Shown: piece after piece, positions 52,120 through 64,000 of the stretch
Layout of the letters: each line of letters begins with the position of its first letter
Numbering within the stretch: the stretch's first letter is position 1
From: Octopus sinensis
Lineage: Eukaryota
Assembly (NCBI RefSeq): GCF_006345805.1
Contig: NC_043000.1
Location: 69,750,001 to 69,814,000, forward strand
Length of the DNA stretch: 64,000 nt
Direction of reading: 5' to 3'
The notes under the pieces: generated by a model
What the model saw: only the letters and a program-made list of their open reading frames with translations
Databases searched by the model: none
Told to the model about the DNA's origin: nothing
Made by a program: the position numbers and the translations under genes

Positions 52120-52555
52120 TTCCTTTCTACTATAGGTAGAAGGCCTGAAATTTTGTGAGGGATGGATAGTCGATAACAGCGATCCCAGTGCTTGACTGGT
52201 TCTCATGTTATCGATCCCAAAATGATGACAGGTAGAGTCTACTTCGGTGGTACGTAAAGTTACGGAACAAATGCCACTAAACGTTTCCGCTACGGTAACG
52301 ATTCTGCCGACTCGCTACCTTACTCTACCTATAAATTAATTTCAAATTTCAACTTTTGGCACAAGGCCAGCAATTTCGCGCAGGGTTATGTCGATTGCAT
52401 TGACTCCAGTGTTTAACTGCTACTTATTTTATCGACCCCGGAAGGATGAAAGACGAAGTCGATTTCGGTGGAATTTGAACCCAGAACGTGAAGGCGAAAA
52501 AAATGCCGCTAAGCATTGTACCCGACATGCTAAAGATTCTGCCAGCTCGCCATCT
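52120..52555 (-). mobile_element. Two adjacent SINE family A copies
   Basis: 52120-52325 and 52335-52555 match family A. Confidence 0.78.
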
Positions 52556-54450
52556 CACTCTGGCTGTATTTTGATGGATATAAAATATTGAATGAACTAT
52601 TATATAATACTTTTAAACCTCATATTATTCATAGATACAGGAACATGAATAATAATCGAATACTTATTTTGTAAGTGTGTTTCCCATCAATTACGACAGC
52701 AGTAATACTGAAATATCAAAGTTTTCATAACAAATGAGATTTGATATAATTTTATTTTGGCAATGTCAGGGATGAATTGACATATTAATGTTTAAAGCAA
52801 ATGAATAGATTTATATTTCATGACTGAAATCTCTGGAAAAAAAAAACCTATGTCGGTAATTTGTATGGATGTTTACTTTTAGCTATTAATTTCAGATACT
52901 TATTTATTTTTTAATGTGTTAAATGTTAACGTATGTTTTTATCCATAAGCTAAATTGCACTGCACAGTTGTGAACATTACATTAGGAATCATTCTAATTG
53001 TCTGTTCAGTCTACTTTCATTTTGAGCTTGCTAAAAAGAAACCAGGAATAATTTATTATTACACATCTATTTTGTAAATGTAGTAGATCAGTTTATTAAA
53101 TGTTTTATGGTATCTGGTTTAGAACACAGTTTTGCTTTTATATCTCGCTACATTTATCTCTGTATTCATCCTTTTGATGATAATAAAAACTTCTATTGAG
53201 TGACAGAGTGATTGGGTTGAAACAAAATCCTTATTGATGAGACAAATACATGAGTTCATATCTGATTCCCAAATGCAACAAATGCACTTCTCCATTATAA
53301 ATTACATGTACGTCGACTGCTTTAGATATTGATTTTGCAAACAACAGTGAACAAAAACAAGTCAGGGACTTCCGTCAACGTTAGAGCTTCCATACTTATA
53401 GGAACAATTTCATTTCATATATGACCTTACTGCTTTTAAGCAAAGTATGAACAGTTCAGCTTCCATTTTATTTCCTTTCAAGTAGCCGATATGTCTAACA
53501 GAAAGACGTTCAGTATCGGATTCTGTTTAATTATGGGTGGCCACTAAAGAGCGCGTATTCCTATGTGCTTAGAATTCTCTACGAAACAGGAAGAGTAGAT
53601 AATAAAAAGATGAAAAAAGTAAATAAGTTTATTCAGCCAATTATTTACATTTTGAAGGGATTAGAAGCATACCGTGTTCATGCATAATAACCTTGTCGAA
53701 AAACTTTTGAGAAGGCGCAGGGATGACTATGTTGTTTATGTGTGTTTGAAAAGTCAAACACAAACATACATTTTAAAAAATGAGAAGTAATTCGGTTATT
53801 TCTAAAAAAAATTTTGTTACTGCTTATAAATAACTTGAGTACCTGTAATATAGTGGTATCAGTTATTCGATACTAGTCTGATTAAAGTTTACGTTTAGTG
53901 AATGAAAATATGATTGCATTTCCCTAACAGAAACTGACCTCAGTTTATAATCATTTATAGCTTAGTGAAACGTTCACTAGATCATTACTCAGTGTCCGAC
54001 TGGCTACGGTACCAATCAACTTCAGTATCAATCAATAAATAGCAATCAGTTTCATTTCTGTCAGGAAATAACTATGTACACAGTTGATATTATGAAAAAG
54101 GCGATGAGTTTGATGCATTGAAGAGCCAACTATTATCAGTAAATGTTTTCCAATGCAATGTACTATGAATATGTTTTCTGCCTTTTTTCATTTTGGTATT
54201 GTTATTCAAGAGCTGCAGTTAACCTGCCAAATCTAGAAGAAATTATATAGTATCTTGATGTGCTACGTTATTTTTTGTTTTTGTTTGTTTGTTTTTTTAT
54301 TCAAGAAAATTTCAATAATTGTTTGTATCTGTAGAATAAAATTTCATAATGTCATTTGAACGAAATCTATTGCTTAGTTTCACACACTATGTGATGCAGA
54401 GACAGATATATAATGCATAGAATAACAAGTTTATCCATTCATCCATCCGT

Positions 54451-54628
54451 CTACATACATACATACATACATACATACATACATACACACATAGAAACAT
54501 ATACATACATACATACATACATACATACATACATACATACATACATACACACACACATACATACATACATACATACATACATACATACATACATACATAC
54601 ATACATACATACATACATACATACATAC
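54451..54628. repeat. (TACA)n microsatellite
   Basis: Direct reading. Confidence 0.97.
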
Positions 54629-54949
54629 AAGCGTATAGAATAACAAAGAATACATGCAATGCATCATAATTACACTTTTATCAAGATGGCCAGCGTAAGA
54701 GTGTCAATGAGGAAACTTCTACTAGAAATAGGAGCAAAGTTTCTTTCAAATCGCACCTTATCACCCTGAAAAAGACAGGATACATCGGGTAATAAAGACT
54801 AATTCATTTCACTTGCCGAGTTTAGAAGCGGGAGCAATCCCCTCGGTTTTTATTGGCCATCCATGACCAGTGAGCATGATACCGTTAATGTTTCGTTTAT
54901 AATGTTGAAGGCCAACACCTGGAAGAAAGCTATGAGCAAGGAGATTCCG

Positions 54950-55450
54950 GAGTGCCGATGTTCAAGGAAGTAACGATTTGGATAGTGGGGTTTGAGGCAA
55001 CAAGTTTGACGAAAAGTGAAAAGACGAAAGGGTCGAAGGTGCCTAAGTAGGGGAAGCATGACACCATCCACTTCTAGGAACACAGGCTATTATTATAACG
55101 ACAGTAAAACAGAGGAGCAGTAGACGACGTGCCGGTGGCCTGAGGTTAAAGTGTGTCCGTTAGTGACTGAATGGCAAAGAGTCAATTAGCCCTTTGGATG
55201 CAGTCCATGATGTCTGTGTATGTAATAAAAGCACTCTCTGAAATGTGGGCCTCACTTGAGCCTTGTAGAGTCACAAGTTCTTGGGGTTTGAAATATTTTC
55301 TGATTCTGAAGTGAAAGGCCAGTTTTGGGGATGTGATACGCTCATAAATAAGCTAAGGATATGCTTTCGATTATAGCATTTAGAATGACTGCGAGGCTCT
55401 AGACGAGTGCCGTTAATGCGTAGTGGGACTGTGGCGTGGTGGTATCTTTT
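54950..55450 (-). pseudogene. CR1/L2-group LINE RT C-terminal fragment
   Basis: Minus strand reads KLAFHFRIRKYFKPQELVTLYKAQVRP, then CIQRLI and a PL.HRR-like motif; frameshifted. Confidence 0.65.
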
Positions 55451-56769
55451 GATATGTGTTGTGCTTCAGATCCTTTTATTTTAAAAAGTATATAGTATTG
55501 TATGGCTCCATGGAAATTATCCCTGAACGGAAGTAGTGCATACTATGAGAAATTAAGTAACATATCAAACACAAAGAGAACAATATAAGTAAATGAAACA
55601 GATTTGATATCAATTACTTTATTCGTACATACACGTTTTGTTGTTGCTTTACAGAACACGTCTATAAATAATACCCTAGACGTTTGAACGTTTTAAGCAC
55701 AAACATGATCACTATGTCAATGAAGGAAACCACGCGCTAAGATTCAATCAAGCACACCACTGTCAGAAGAATGCTGGACAGCTACCTCTGCTTAGTTTAT
55801 TGACCAGTTGCCTGGTAATTCCCAAGTGTGTGCTTCAATACTATGGAGTTTCTTTTTTATCTCTTATCAATCATTTTAGCAATATAACAACTAGTTACTA
55901 AATTACTGAAATAATTACTACTGAATGAACAGAATATATTTTTTTTAATTTAGTTATTCTTCATTTCATTTCAAAGACATTATATAAATAGCCAGCAGTA
56001 ACGAAAAAAGCAGTGCAGAAAAATAATACGCTCACAAATACGATTTAATATATGAACTGGATCGTAATTATTTTTTTAGTATATTTATCTGATACAAATC
56101 CAGCGAATAAAGTCAATATTGCGTGTAATTCTTGTCTGACACTTCATAGTGAGAAATATCCATTAAAACCCAAGTGACTTCAGGTGTGAAGTGAACAGAT
56201 ATATGAATGTCAATTTCCTCTAACAGCCGTAGAGAATTATGAGAAGCTATGCGTACGAAACTGCTCTCCATTTTCCCTTAACCTCCCGTTCCTAGACACT
56301 TCACACTGAACCTATATTTTATCAATGTTCATGAATATTAAAGTTACGAAAATATTATTTTTTAGATGACATCCTATTCCCTCAACCTCAGCTTGCAACA
56401 AGAGAACATTGTAACAAATACCATGGAAACATTACATGCCAAACCCCCTCAGCACATGAACAAACACAAAGAAAGCCTTCACAATCCTTACGTATATCAA
56501 ATATTATAAATTTGAATAACTTTCATGGCAACTCCACATATCTAGCATTGTAGAACTGCATACCCAAAATTAGAACAGAAAATACTTCCAACGTATATAG
56601 TAATAAAGATAAAAATCTACATTGTATTACTTTACTCATAACTGGGATAGTACAATTACTAAACATGCAAGCATGCAAGACCCAAAGGAAGATAATTCAG
56701 GTAGTTGAAAACGATTCATCCATAAGATGCTTCAACTACAAGTCAGGTCACTTTCGAGGGCTACTGGTA

Positions 56770-57105
56770 ACATGTAACCCAGTACAACCTGTTGCATGGC
56801 CGGGTCGTCGTCGACTAAACCGGCAACCCCACCAAGCTTGCTTGGTGAGGAGGGTGTTTATTGGACACCCTGCGGGATGAAAAACAAAACCCGTCAAAGG
56901 GCGGAGGAACTCTGGGGAGTCAACGGCCATCCAATAAATGTCTTAAGGCTGGATCATGCGCGGGGACATAGAAATAATCGGACTGAATATTCGATCACGC
57001 GGTTAAACCATTGGGAGTGAAGGACTCCTAGCCTTTGTTAGGGCATCCTTCTAGGAGAAGGTAACTCAGGTAACTGGGATAACTCCGACATAAAACAGTA
57101 GTTAC
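56770..57105 (+). mobile_element. Possible orphan RTE-type LINE 5' UTR
   Basis: GC-richer block ending GGCATCCTTCTAGGAGAAGGTAACTC...CATAAAAC, which resembles RTE 5' UTR ends from memory; no downstream ORF. Confidence 0.35.
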
Positions 57106-57608
57106 CGATGATGTTGACTTGTTCTTCTTTTCGGATTATGGCTGCTGTTCTTTAGTGAGTGGGATTGACTCAGTGCACAGCCTTTCCTCACTTTAAAAAA
57201 ATCTTCTAGCACAGGCATTGCACGATAACAACATTGATTAAGCTTCATGCAATGGCCATATTCGATAACGAGGGCAGCCACCATACCATGTATGTATGTA
57301 TGTATGTATGTATGTATGTATGTATGTATGCATATATGTATGTCGATTTCATTAAAGTTTGAACTCTGAACCACTTGCTTTAGTGAAAGAATTCATATCA
57401 TTCAGATTTCAGCTCCCTTGAAGAAGCACTAATATTTTCAATTGATATTGAGAAATTAAATTATGTGATGATTTGTTTGTGAAATGCAACAAAAAGGGAA
57501 AATTATCTGATTGTATCACTTGGTTTACAATACAAGTCTTACAAAACTCACAAAGATAATGTATATACTGTAAGATGGTAAATTGCTTCTGCTTCAATTC
57601 GTTCATGA

Positions 57609-57655
<47 letters not shown>

Positions 57656-57658
<3 letters not shown>

Positions 57659-59239
57659 ATAAAACGGTAAGATAACAAAAGAAAGAAGAGACCTCGATAT
57701 TATGTAAATAGAGGAAATTTATCTATACAATATGTTACATTACTCGGTAGTCAAGATAAAACTATAAGGCTTATAAATATTCTTATTAAGATCTAAGGAA
57801 ACGTCTAAGAAATTGACAACCGTCAGGTTAGTATCTATAGTTATACTAAGTCCGAAGTGTTTCATTAACTGGATAATATCCTTCCTAAAACGATCTTGTG
57901 CTGGTCCATTTGTATTAGCTGTTAAGGCGAGGGCATCATCTTTGTAGATGGCGAAATGTACGTTAGGGAATGTCTTACCTAAGGTATCTAGGAGAAAAAG
58001 TCCAATTAGATCACAGATGCCTGCCCCATCATATGAGAATATTTATAAGCCTTATAGGAAGCCCAATGATAGACTAAGTTATATTAATGTAGGTTCATGC
58101 CATCCCCCTATAGTATTCAAAAATTTAGTTAAAAATATTAGTAAGAGGATTTCTAGCCTCTCATCTGATGAGGACATCTTCAATAGCGTTGCCCCAGTTT
58201 ATAATAAGGCTTTAAAAGATAGTGGTTTTAGCGATAAAATAAAATATACACCTATCACTAGCCCAACAGTAAGGAAAAGGAATAATAGAAATAGGAAGGT
58301 CATCTGGTTTTCGCCCCCTTACTCACCCGAGGTGGCCTTCAATATAGGTAAATATTTCCTAGCACTGATAGATAGACATTTTCCAGTTAACCATACTTAT
58401 AGGAAACTCTTCAATAGACACAATTTAAAAAATAGTTTTAGTTCAACTACCAATTTTAAAAACATAATCAAACGTAACATACAAAAAACACAAGAAGAAA
58501 ACAGCTGTTCATGCAGGAATAAAGAATTGTGCCCGCTAAATGGAGCTTGCATGTCCAAGACCATCATATATGAAGCTACCGTAAACTCTATAACCACTAA
58601 AGACAAACCGTTTCGACGAAGAAATACGTGGGCCTTACAGAGGGTAATTTCAAGGCCAGGTTCAATAACCACACTTTGAGCTTTAGGCACTGGAACAAAA
58701 GAAAAGCGACACAATTGTCTAATCATATTTGGTCTTTAAGAGATAAAGGTGTCGATTATAACATACAATGGAAGATTTTGGCCAGATGTAAGCCCTATAC
58801 TAACGGCAGCGGAAGGTGCGGTCTATGCGACATGGAGAGATGGCTTATCTGGAAAAGCAGCTTAGACCCTACTACATGTCTAAATACTCGGATCATGCCC
58901 ACATGTGACTAAATTTCTGTTACGTTTTTGGTCCCCTAAAGAAAACAGATAGAACATGCTTTCTATGTTATGTCCCAAGAAGAATTTATATATTTTTATA
59001 TATTTTTATATATTTTTATATATTTTTTATGTATTTTTATATAATTTTTATGACGAAAAATGCGAGCGATGTATAAGTACGCAGGCAAGCAGAGTTATAA
59101 CAGAGTAATTTCCCTTTATTTAACGGTATTTTTTCATAACGTTTTCAAATAGCCAGATAACCGAAGAGATGGTGTTGTGGATTTCCACTTCGGCATCTGA
59201 AACTCAGAGTTTTATCTTGACTACCGAGTAATGTAACAT

Positions 59240-59243
<4 letters not shown>
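57656..59243 (+). mobile_element. Rearranged Penelope-like element between (TA)n tracts
   Basis: Plus-strand thumb/linker/GIY-YIG (YRKPNDRLSYINVGSCHPP, VIWFSPPYS, CSCRNKELCPLNGAC, GLTEGNFKARFNNH) at 58036-58912. Inverted RT core (YDGAGICDLIG, YKDD at 57935-57946, VNFLDVSLDL) at 57762-58035. Inverted pLTR end at 57656-57763. Confidence 0.92.
59155..59217 (+). ncRNA. Hammerhead-like motif with U4C (CCGAAGA); second copy 59445-59507 on minus strand
   Basis: AGATAA-CCGAAGA-GATG...CATC(T/C)-GAAAC-TCAGA-GTT-TTATCT; 6-bp stem I, near-palindrome ACTCAGAGT. Confidence 0.62.
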
Positions 59244-59285
<42 letters not shown>

Positions 59286-59309
59286 ATATACATGTTTGTG
59301 TATTGAATT

Positions 59310-59340
<31 letters not shown>

Positions 59341-59345
<5 letters not shown>

Positions 59346-59560
59346 TAAAACGGTAAGATAACAAAAGAAAGAAAGAGACCTCAATATTATGTAAATAGAG
59401 GAAATTTATCTGTAAATTAATATGTTACCATCATTCAATAGCCAAGATAAAACTCTGAGTTTCGGATGCCGAAGTGGAAATCCACAACACCATCTCTTCG
59501 GTTATCTGGCCATCTGAAAAATCGCTATGAAAAAATACCGTTATTCAAAGGGAAATTACA
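59341..59560 (-). mobile_element. Additional pLTR copy of the same Penelope family
   Basis: Matches 57656-57763 directly and is the reverse complement of 59105-59243. Confidence 0.88.
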
Positions 59561-60164
59561 GTGTTAAAATTCCGCTGCTTATATAAATTAAGGTTAAAAG
59601 TTCATAGTAAACACGTAAGCATGGCTACTCATACGCTCACATGTGCGCTCGCGCATCCACGTGCGTACGTATACGTCACTATGAAAACGTTTCGCCAAAT
59701 GTATACGCATATATATACAAACTCATACACACACGCGCACCGTAATGGTTCATACATACGTCTATATACACACAAACACAAGAAAAAACATGGTTAAAGG
59801 TAACAATACAGAAAAAACAAGGAAGTATACAAAGCCTAAAACCACGTTCATATACGGACATGCCCTTATGCACGCATACACACACACGCCCATATATGTA
59901 CATACCCGCACATGTTTATATACGCATACACACACACGCATACACAAAAAAGATTATATATACGCTCAAAAATAATCGGCCGGTAGGCAAGTATATATAT
60001 AAATATGTGTGTGTGTGTCTGCTTACAAGCACACATACATACAACTAACATCTTAGTTTTCCTAAATTGCAGCTACCATAGAATAATATCTAAATGAACT
60101 GAAACTTTAACATATCACATATACTGTGTCTTATTTTCATCAAATATGGAAATAAATTATTGCT

Positions 60165-60378
60165 TTCAAATTTTGACATAAGGCCAGCAATTTCGAAAGA
60201 GGGGTAAGTCGATTACATCGACCCCCAATGTTCAACTGGTACTTATTTTATCAACCCCGAAAAGATGAGAGGCATTTTCGGCGTCTATGGAATCTGCACT
60301 TAGAACATAAAGACAGACGAAATGTCACTAAGCAATTTGCCCGGTGTGATAACGATTCTACCAGCTCGACGCCTCATA
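60165..60378 (-). mobile_element. SINE family A
   Basis: Matches the family A body and head. Confidence 0.8.
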
Positions 60379-60885
60379 TATGGAAATAATTTATTCATAA
60401 TAATTATTTGTTTCCTCGTATAGGAATTTAATACACAAACTTGTTTCAAATCTACAAAAATACGGCTTACACTTTTCTTCAAAATTTACTAAATAGGTGA
60501 GAAAACTAGAAGAGTAGGAAATTATAGATGCAAAATTAAATGTATAAAACAATAGAAATACTATGAATTTTAAATCATAATCAATAAAGTCTCCACATAG
60601 TATATATCTTGAATCCTATATATTTGGACTGATATGTTTGGCAACATATATTCTGCATTGCATCTATGGAAGTGACAATACAAACGAAGCTATTGTAATA
60701 ATAACAACTGCAATTCTTCTTAGGAATATGGTTTCAATTATTGTTAAGCACAGCCTCCTTTCACGAAGCAAACAAATGTGTAAATTTTCTAAAGAATGTA
60801 TATAATAGTGGAAAGGAAATTGAATAACTTACAAATGTCAATATCTATTTATCTATCTATGTATCCATTTACCTATCTATCCAAT

Positions 60886-60892
60886 ATATATA

Positions 60893-60938
<46 letters not shown>

Positions 60939-60945
60939 TATATAT
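60886..60945. repeat. (TA)n tract at the array boundary
   Basis: Direct reading. Confidence 0.95.
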
Positions 60946-63900
60946 TATAAAAAGGGCTTAGTAAAATAAATTACTTTGCCGCATACTGAACTCATTAGAA
61001 ATAGCAGCTAAAAAATCTTTTTTAAAACTATTTCCAATACTTAAAGAAAATCTCTCTCATATAGTGCTTGCTCAATTCAACTCACGAAAGTATGGGGGTA
61101 GAGACATTAAAAAATCATATGCAAAGGTTATTTGAGAACGTACGTTTCAAGATTAGTCAAAATCGACACTTCTATCATCAGCTCAGAACTCCCTGGTTTG
61201 GATTTGAAAACACTGAAAGTGGGCATACCTTTTCGGCTTGTTATCGCGCTTCTTCTGAAGATCTGCTCGAAACTAACAGTGCCAACAAACTCAAATATGC
61301 AAGCGAAGAATTTCTGCTCTCCCTCTTTCCACCAGCGTGGGTTAAAATCAGCAAACACTATGCTTTTTTCGGTAAAATCCGAGGCATTAATTAGAGAGAG
61401 ATGAATTATAATTTCAACATTGAGGGTAAAATTAATTAATTAATCAATTTCACCAAGTATTCAGTATGCAAAGAGACCATTTAAGGCGAATTCAAATATT
61501 ACATATATAAAAGGGCTTAGTAAAATAAATTACTTTGCCGCATACTGAACTCATTAGAAATAGCAGCTAAAAAATCTTTTTTAAAACTATTTCCAATACT
61601 TAAAGAAAATCTCTCTAATATAGTGCTTGCTCAATTCAACTCACGAAAGTATGGGTGTAGAGACATTAAAAAATCAAATGCAAAGGTTATTTGAGAACGT
61701 ACGTTTCAAGATTAGTCAAAATCGACACTTCTATCATCAGCTCAGAACTCCCTGGTTTGGATTTGAAAACACTGAAAGTGGGAGCATACCTTTTCGGCTT
61801 GTTATCGCTTCTGAAGATCTGCTCGAAACTAACAGTGCCACAAACTCAAATATGCAAGCGAAGAATTTCTGCTCTCCCCTTTCCACCAGCGTGGGTTAAA
61901 ATCAGCAAACACTATGCTTTTTTCGGTAAAATCCGAGGCATTAATTAGGAGAGATGAATTATAATTTCAACAATTGAGGGTAAAATTAATTAATAATCAA
62001 TTTCACCAAGTATTCAGTATGCAAAGAGACCATTTAAGGCGAATTCAAATTATTACATTATATAAAAGGGCTTAGTAAAATAAATTACTTTGCGCATACT
62101 GAACTCATTAGAAATAGCAGCTAAAAAATCTTTTTTAAAACTATTTCCAATACTTAAAGAAAATCTCTCTCATATAGTGCTTGCTCAATTCAACTCACGA
62201 AAGTATGGGGGTAGAGACATTAAAAAATCATATGCAAAGGTTATTTGAGAACGTACGTTTCAAGATTAGTCAAAATCGACACTTCTATCATCAGCTCAGA
62301 ACTCCTGGTTTGGATTTGAAAACACTGAAAGTGGGAGCATACCTTTTCGGCTTGTTATCGCTTCTGAAGATCTGCTCGAAACTAACAGTGCCAACAAACT
62401 CAAATATGCAAGCGAAGAATTTCTGCTCTTCCCTTTCCACCAGCGTGGGTTAAAATCAGCAAACACTATGCTTTTTTCGGTAAAATCCGAGGCATTAATT
62501 AGAGAGATGAATTATAATTTCAACATTGAGGGTAAAATTAATTAATTAATCAATTTCACCAAGTATTCAGTATGCAAAGGGACCATTTAAGGCGAATTCA
62601 AATTATTACATTATATAAAAGGGCTTAGTAAAATAAATTACTTTGCCGCATACTGAACTCATTAGAAATAGCAGCTAAAAAATCTTTTTTAAAACTATTT
62701 CCAATACTTAAGAAAATCTCTCTCATATAGTGCTTGCTCAATTCAACTCACGAAAGTATGGGTGTAGAGACATTAAAAAATCATATGCAAAGGTTATTTG
62801 AGAACGTACGTTTCAAGATTAGTCAAAATCGACACTTCTATCATCAGCTCAGAACTCCCTGGTTTGGATTTGAAAACACTGAAAGTGGGAGCATACCTTT
62901 TCGGCTTGTTATCGCTTCTGAAGATCTGCTCGAAACTAACAGTGCCAACAAACTCAAATATGCAAGCGAAGAATTTCTGCTCTCCCCTTTCCACCAGCGT
63001 GGGTTAAAATCAGCAAACACTATGCTTTTTTCGGTAAAATCCGAGGCATTAATTAGAGAGAGATGAATTATAATTTCAACATTGAGGGTAAAATTAATTA
63101 ATTAATCAATTTCACCAAGTATTCAGTATGCAAAGGGACCATTTAAGGCGAATTCAAATTATTACATTATATAAAAGGGCTTAGTAAAATAAATTACTTT
63201 GCCGCATACTGAACTCATTAGAATAGCAGCTAAAAAATCTTTTTTAAAACTCCAATACTTAAAAAAATTTCCTATTCCATACTTAAAGAAAATCTCTCTC
63301 ATATAGTGCTGCTCAATTCAACTCACGAAAGTATGGGGGTAGAAACATTAAAAAATCAAATGCAAAGGTTATTTGAGAACGTACGTTTCAAGATTAGTCA
63401 AAATCGACACTTCTATCATCAGCTCAGAACTCCCTGGTTTGGATTTGAAAACACTGAAAGTAGGAGCATACCTTTTCGGCTTCCCATCGCCTCTGAAGAT
63501 CTACTCGAAACTAACAGTGCCAGCAAATTCAAATATGCAAGCGAAAAATTTCTGCTCTCCCCCTTCCACCAGCGTGGGTTAAAATCAGCAAACAACATGC
63601 TTTTTTTCGGTAAAATCCGAGGCATAAATAGAGAGAGATGAATTATAATTTCAACAATTGAGGGTAAAATTAATTAATTAATCAATTTCACCAAGTATTC
63701 AGTATGCAAAGAGACCATTTAAGGCGAATTCAAATTATTACATTATATAAAAGGGCTTAGTAAAATAAATTACTTTGCCGCATACTGAACTCATTAGAAA
63801 TAGCAGCTAAAAAATCTTTTTTTAAAACTATTTCCAATACTTAAAGAAAATCTCTCTCATATAGTGCTTGCTCAATTCAACTCACGAAAGTATGGGGGGG

Positions 63901-64000
63901 TAGAGACATTAAAAAATCATATGCAAAGGTTATTTGAGAACGTACGTTTCAAGATTAGTCAAAATCGACACTTCTATCATCAGCTCAGAACTCCCTGGTT
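60946..64000 (-). repeat. Head-to-tail tandem array of ~555-bp units (at least 5.5 copies, open at window edge), each with a hammerhead motif
   Basis: Marker TGAGAACGTACGTTTC at 61133, 61692, 62246, 62799, 63374 and 63935 (periods 553-575). Differences between units look to be mainly small indels. Confidence 0.97.
61133..61185 (-). ncRNA. Type I hammerhead motif, first array unit (repeated in all six)
   Basis: Minus strand TGAG-CTGATGA-TAGAAGTGTCGATTTTGACTAATCTT-GAAAC-GTAC-GTT-CTCA: complete core, stem III palindrome ACGTACGT; stem II closing pair is U-U rather than G-C. Confidence 0.8.

Noticed and set aside
60946-64000. Repeated 60-110 aa ORFs (MLNSTHESMG..., MRTYVSRLVK...) in the array
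   Set aside because: Frames shift between units with small indels and start at non-ATG codons; no recognisable domain.
60946-64000. CRISPR-like array
   Set aside because: Eukaryotic context, whole ~555-bp units repeat, no unique spacers, no cas genes.

Overview
AT-rich, microsatellite-dense eukaryotic DNA made almost entirely of mobile-element sequence. I find no convincing host exon. The SINE and microsatellite repertoire resembles an octopus/cephalopod genome (recognition, not verified). Contents: two Tx1/L1-clade LINEs (one near full length with a 14-bp TSD, one decayed and flanked by (TCTA)n); several Penelope-like elements (RT and/or GIY-YIG, pseudo-LTRs, mostly abutting (TA)n); RTE and CR1/L2 LINE fragments; hAT and mariner fragments; two solo LTRs; many tRNA-head SINEs; and a ~555-bp tandem array running off the right edge. 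The main hidden signal is RNA structure: seven apparently unrelated repeat families carry minimal type I hammerhead ribozyme (HHR) motifs with palindromic stem III. Highlights: (i) the tandem array has a complete HHR core in all six units; (ii) the near-intact Tx1 LINE sits 5 nt upstream of the HHR of a 357-bp non-coding retrozyme-like unit; (iii) a small fold-back element has two opposed HHR cores. All motifs were found and folded by eye, coordinates were hand-counted (a few nt of error possible), and nothing was tested for activity or searched against databases.
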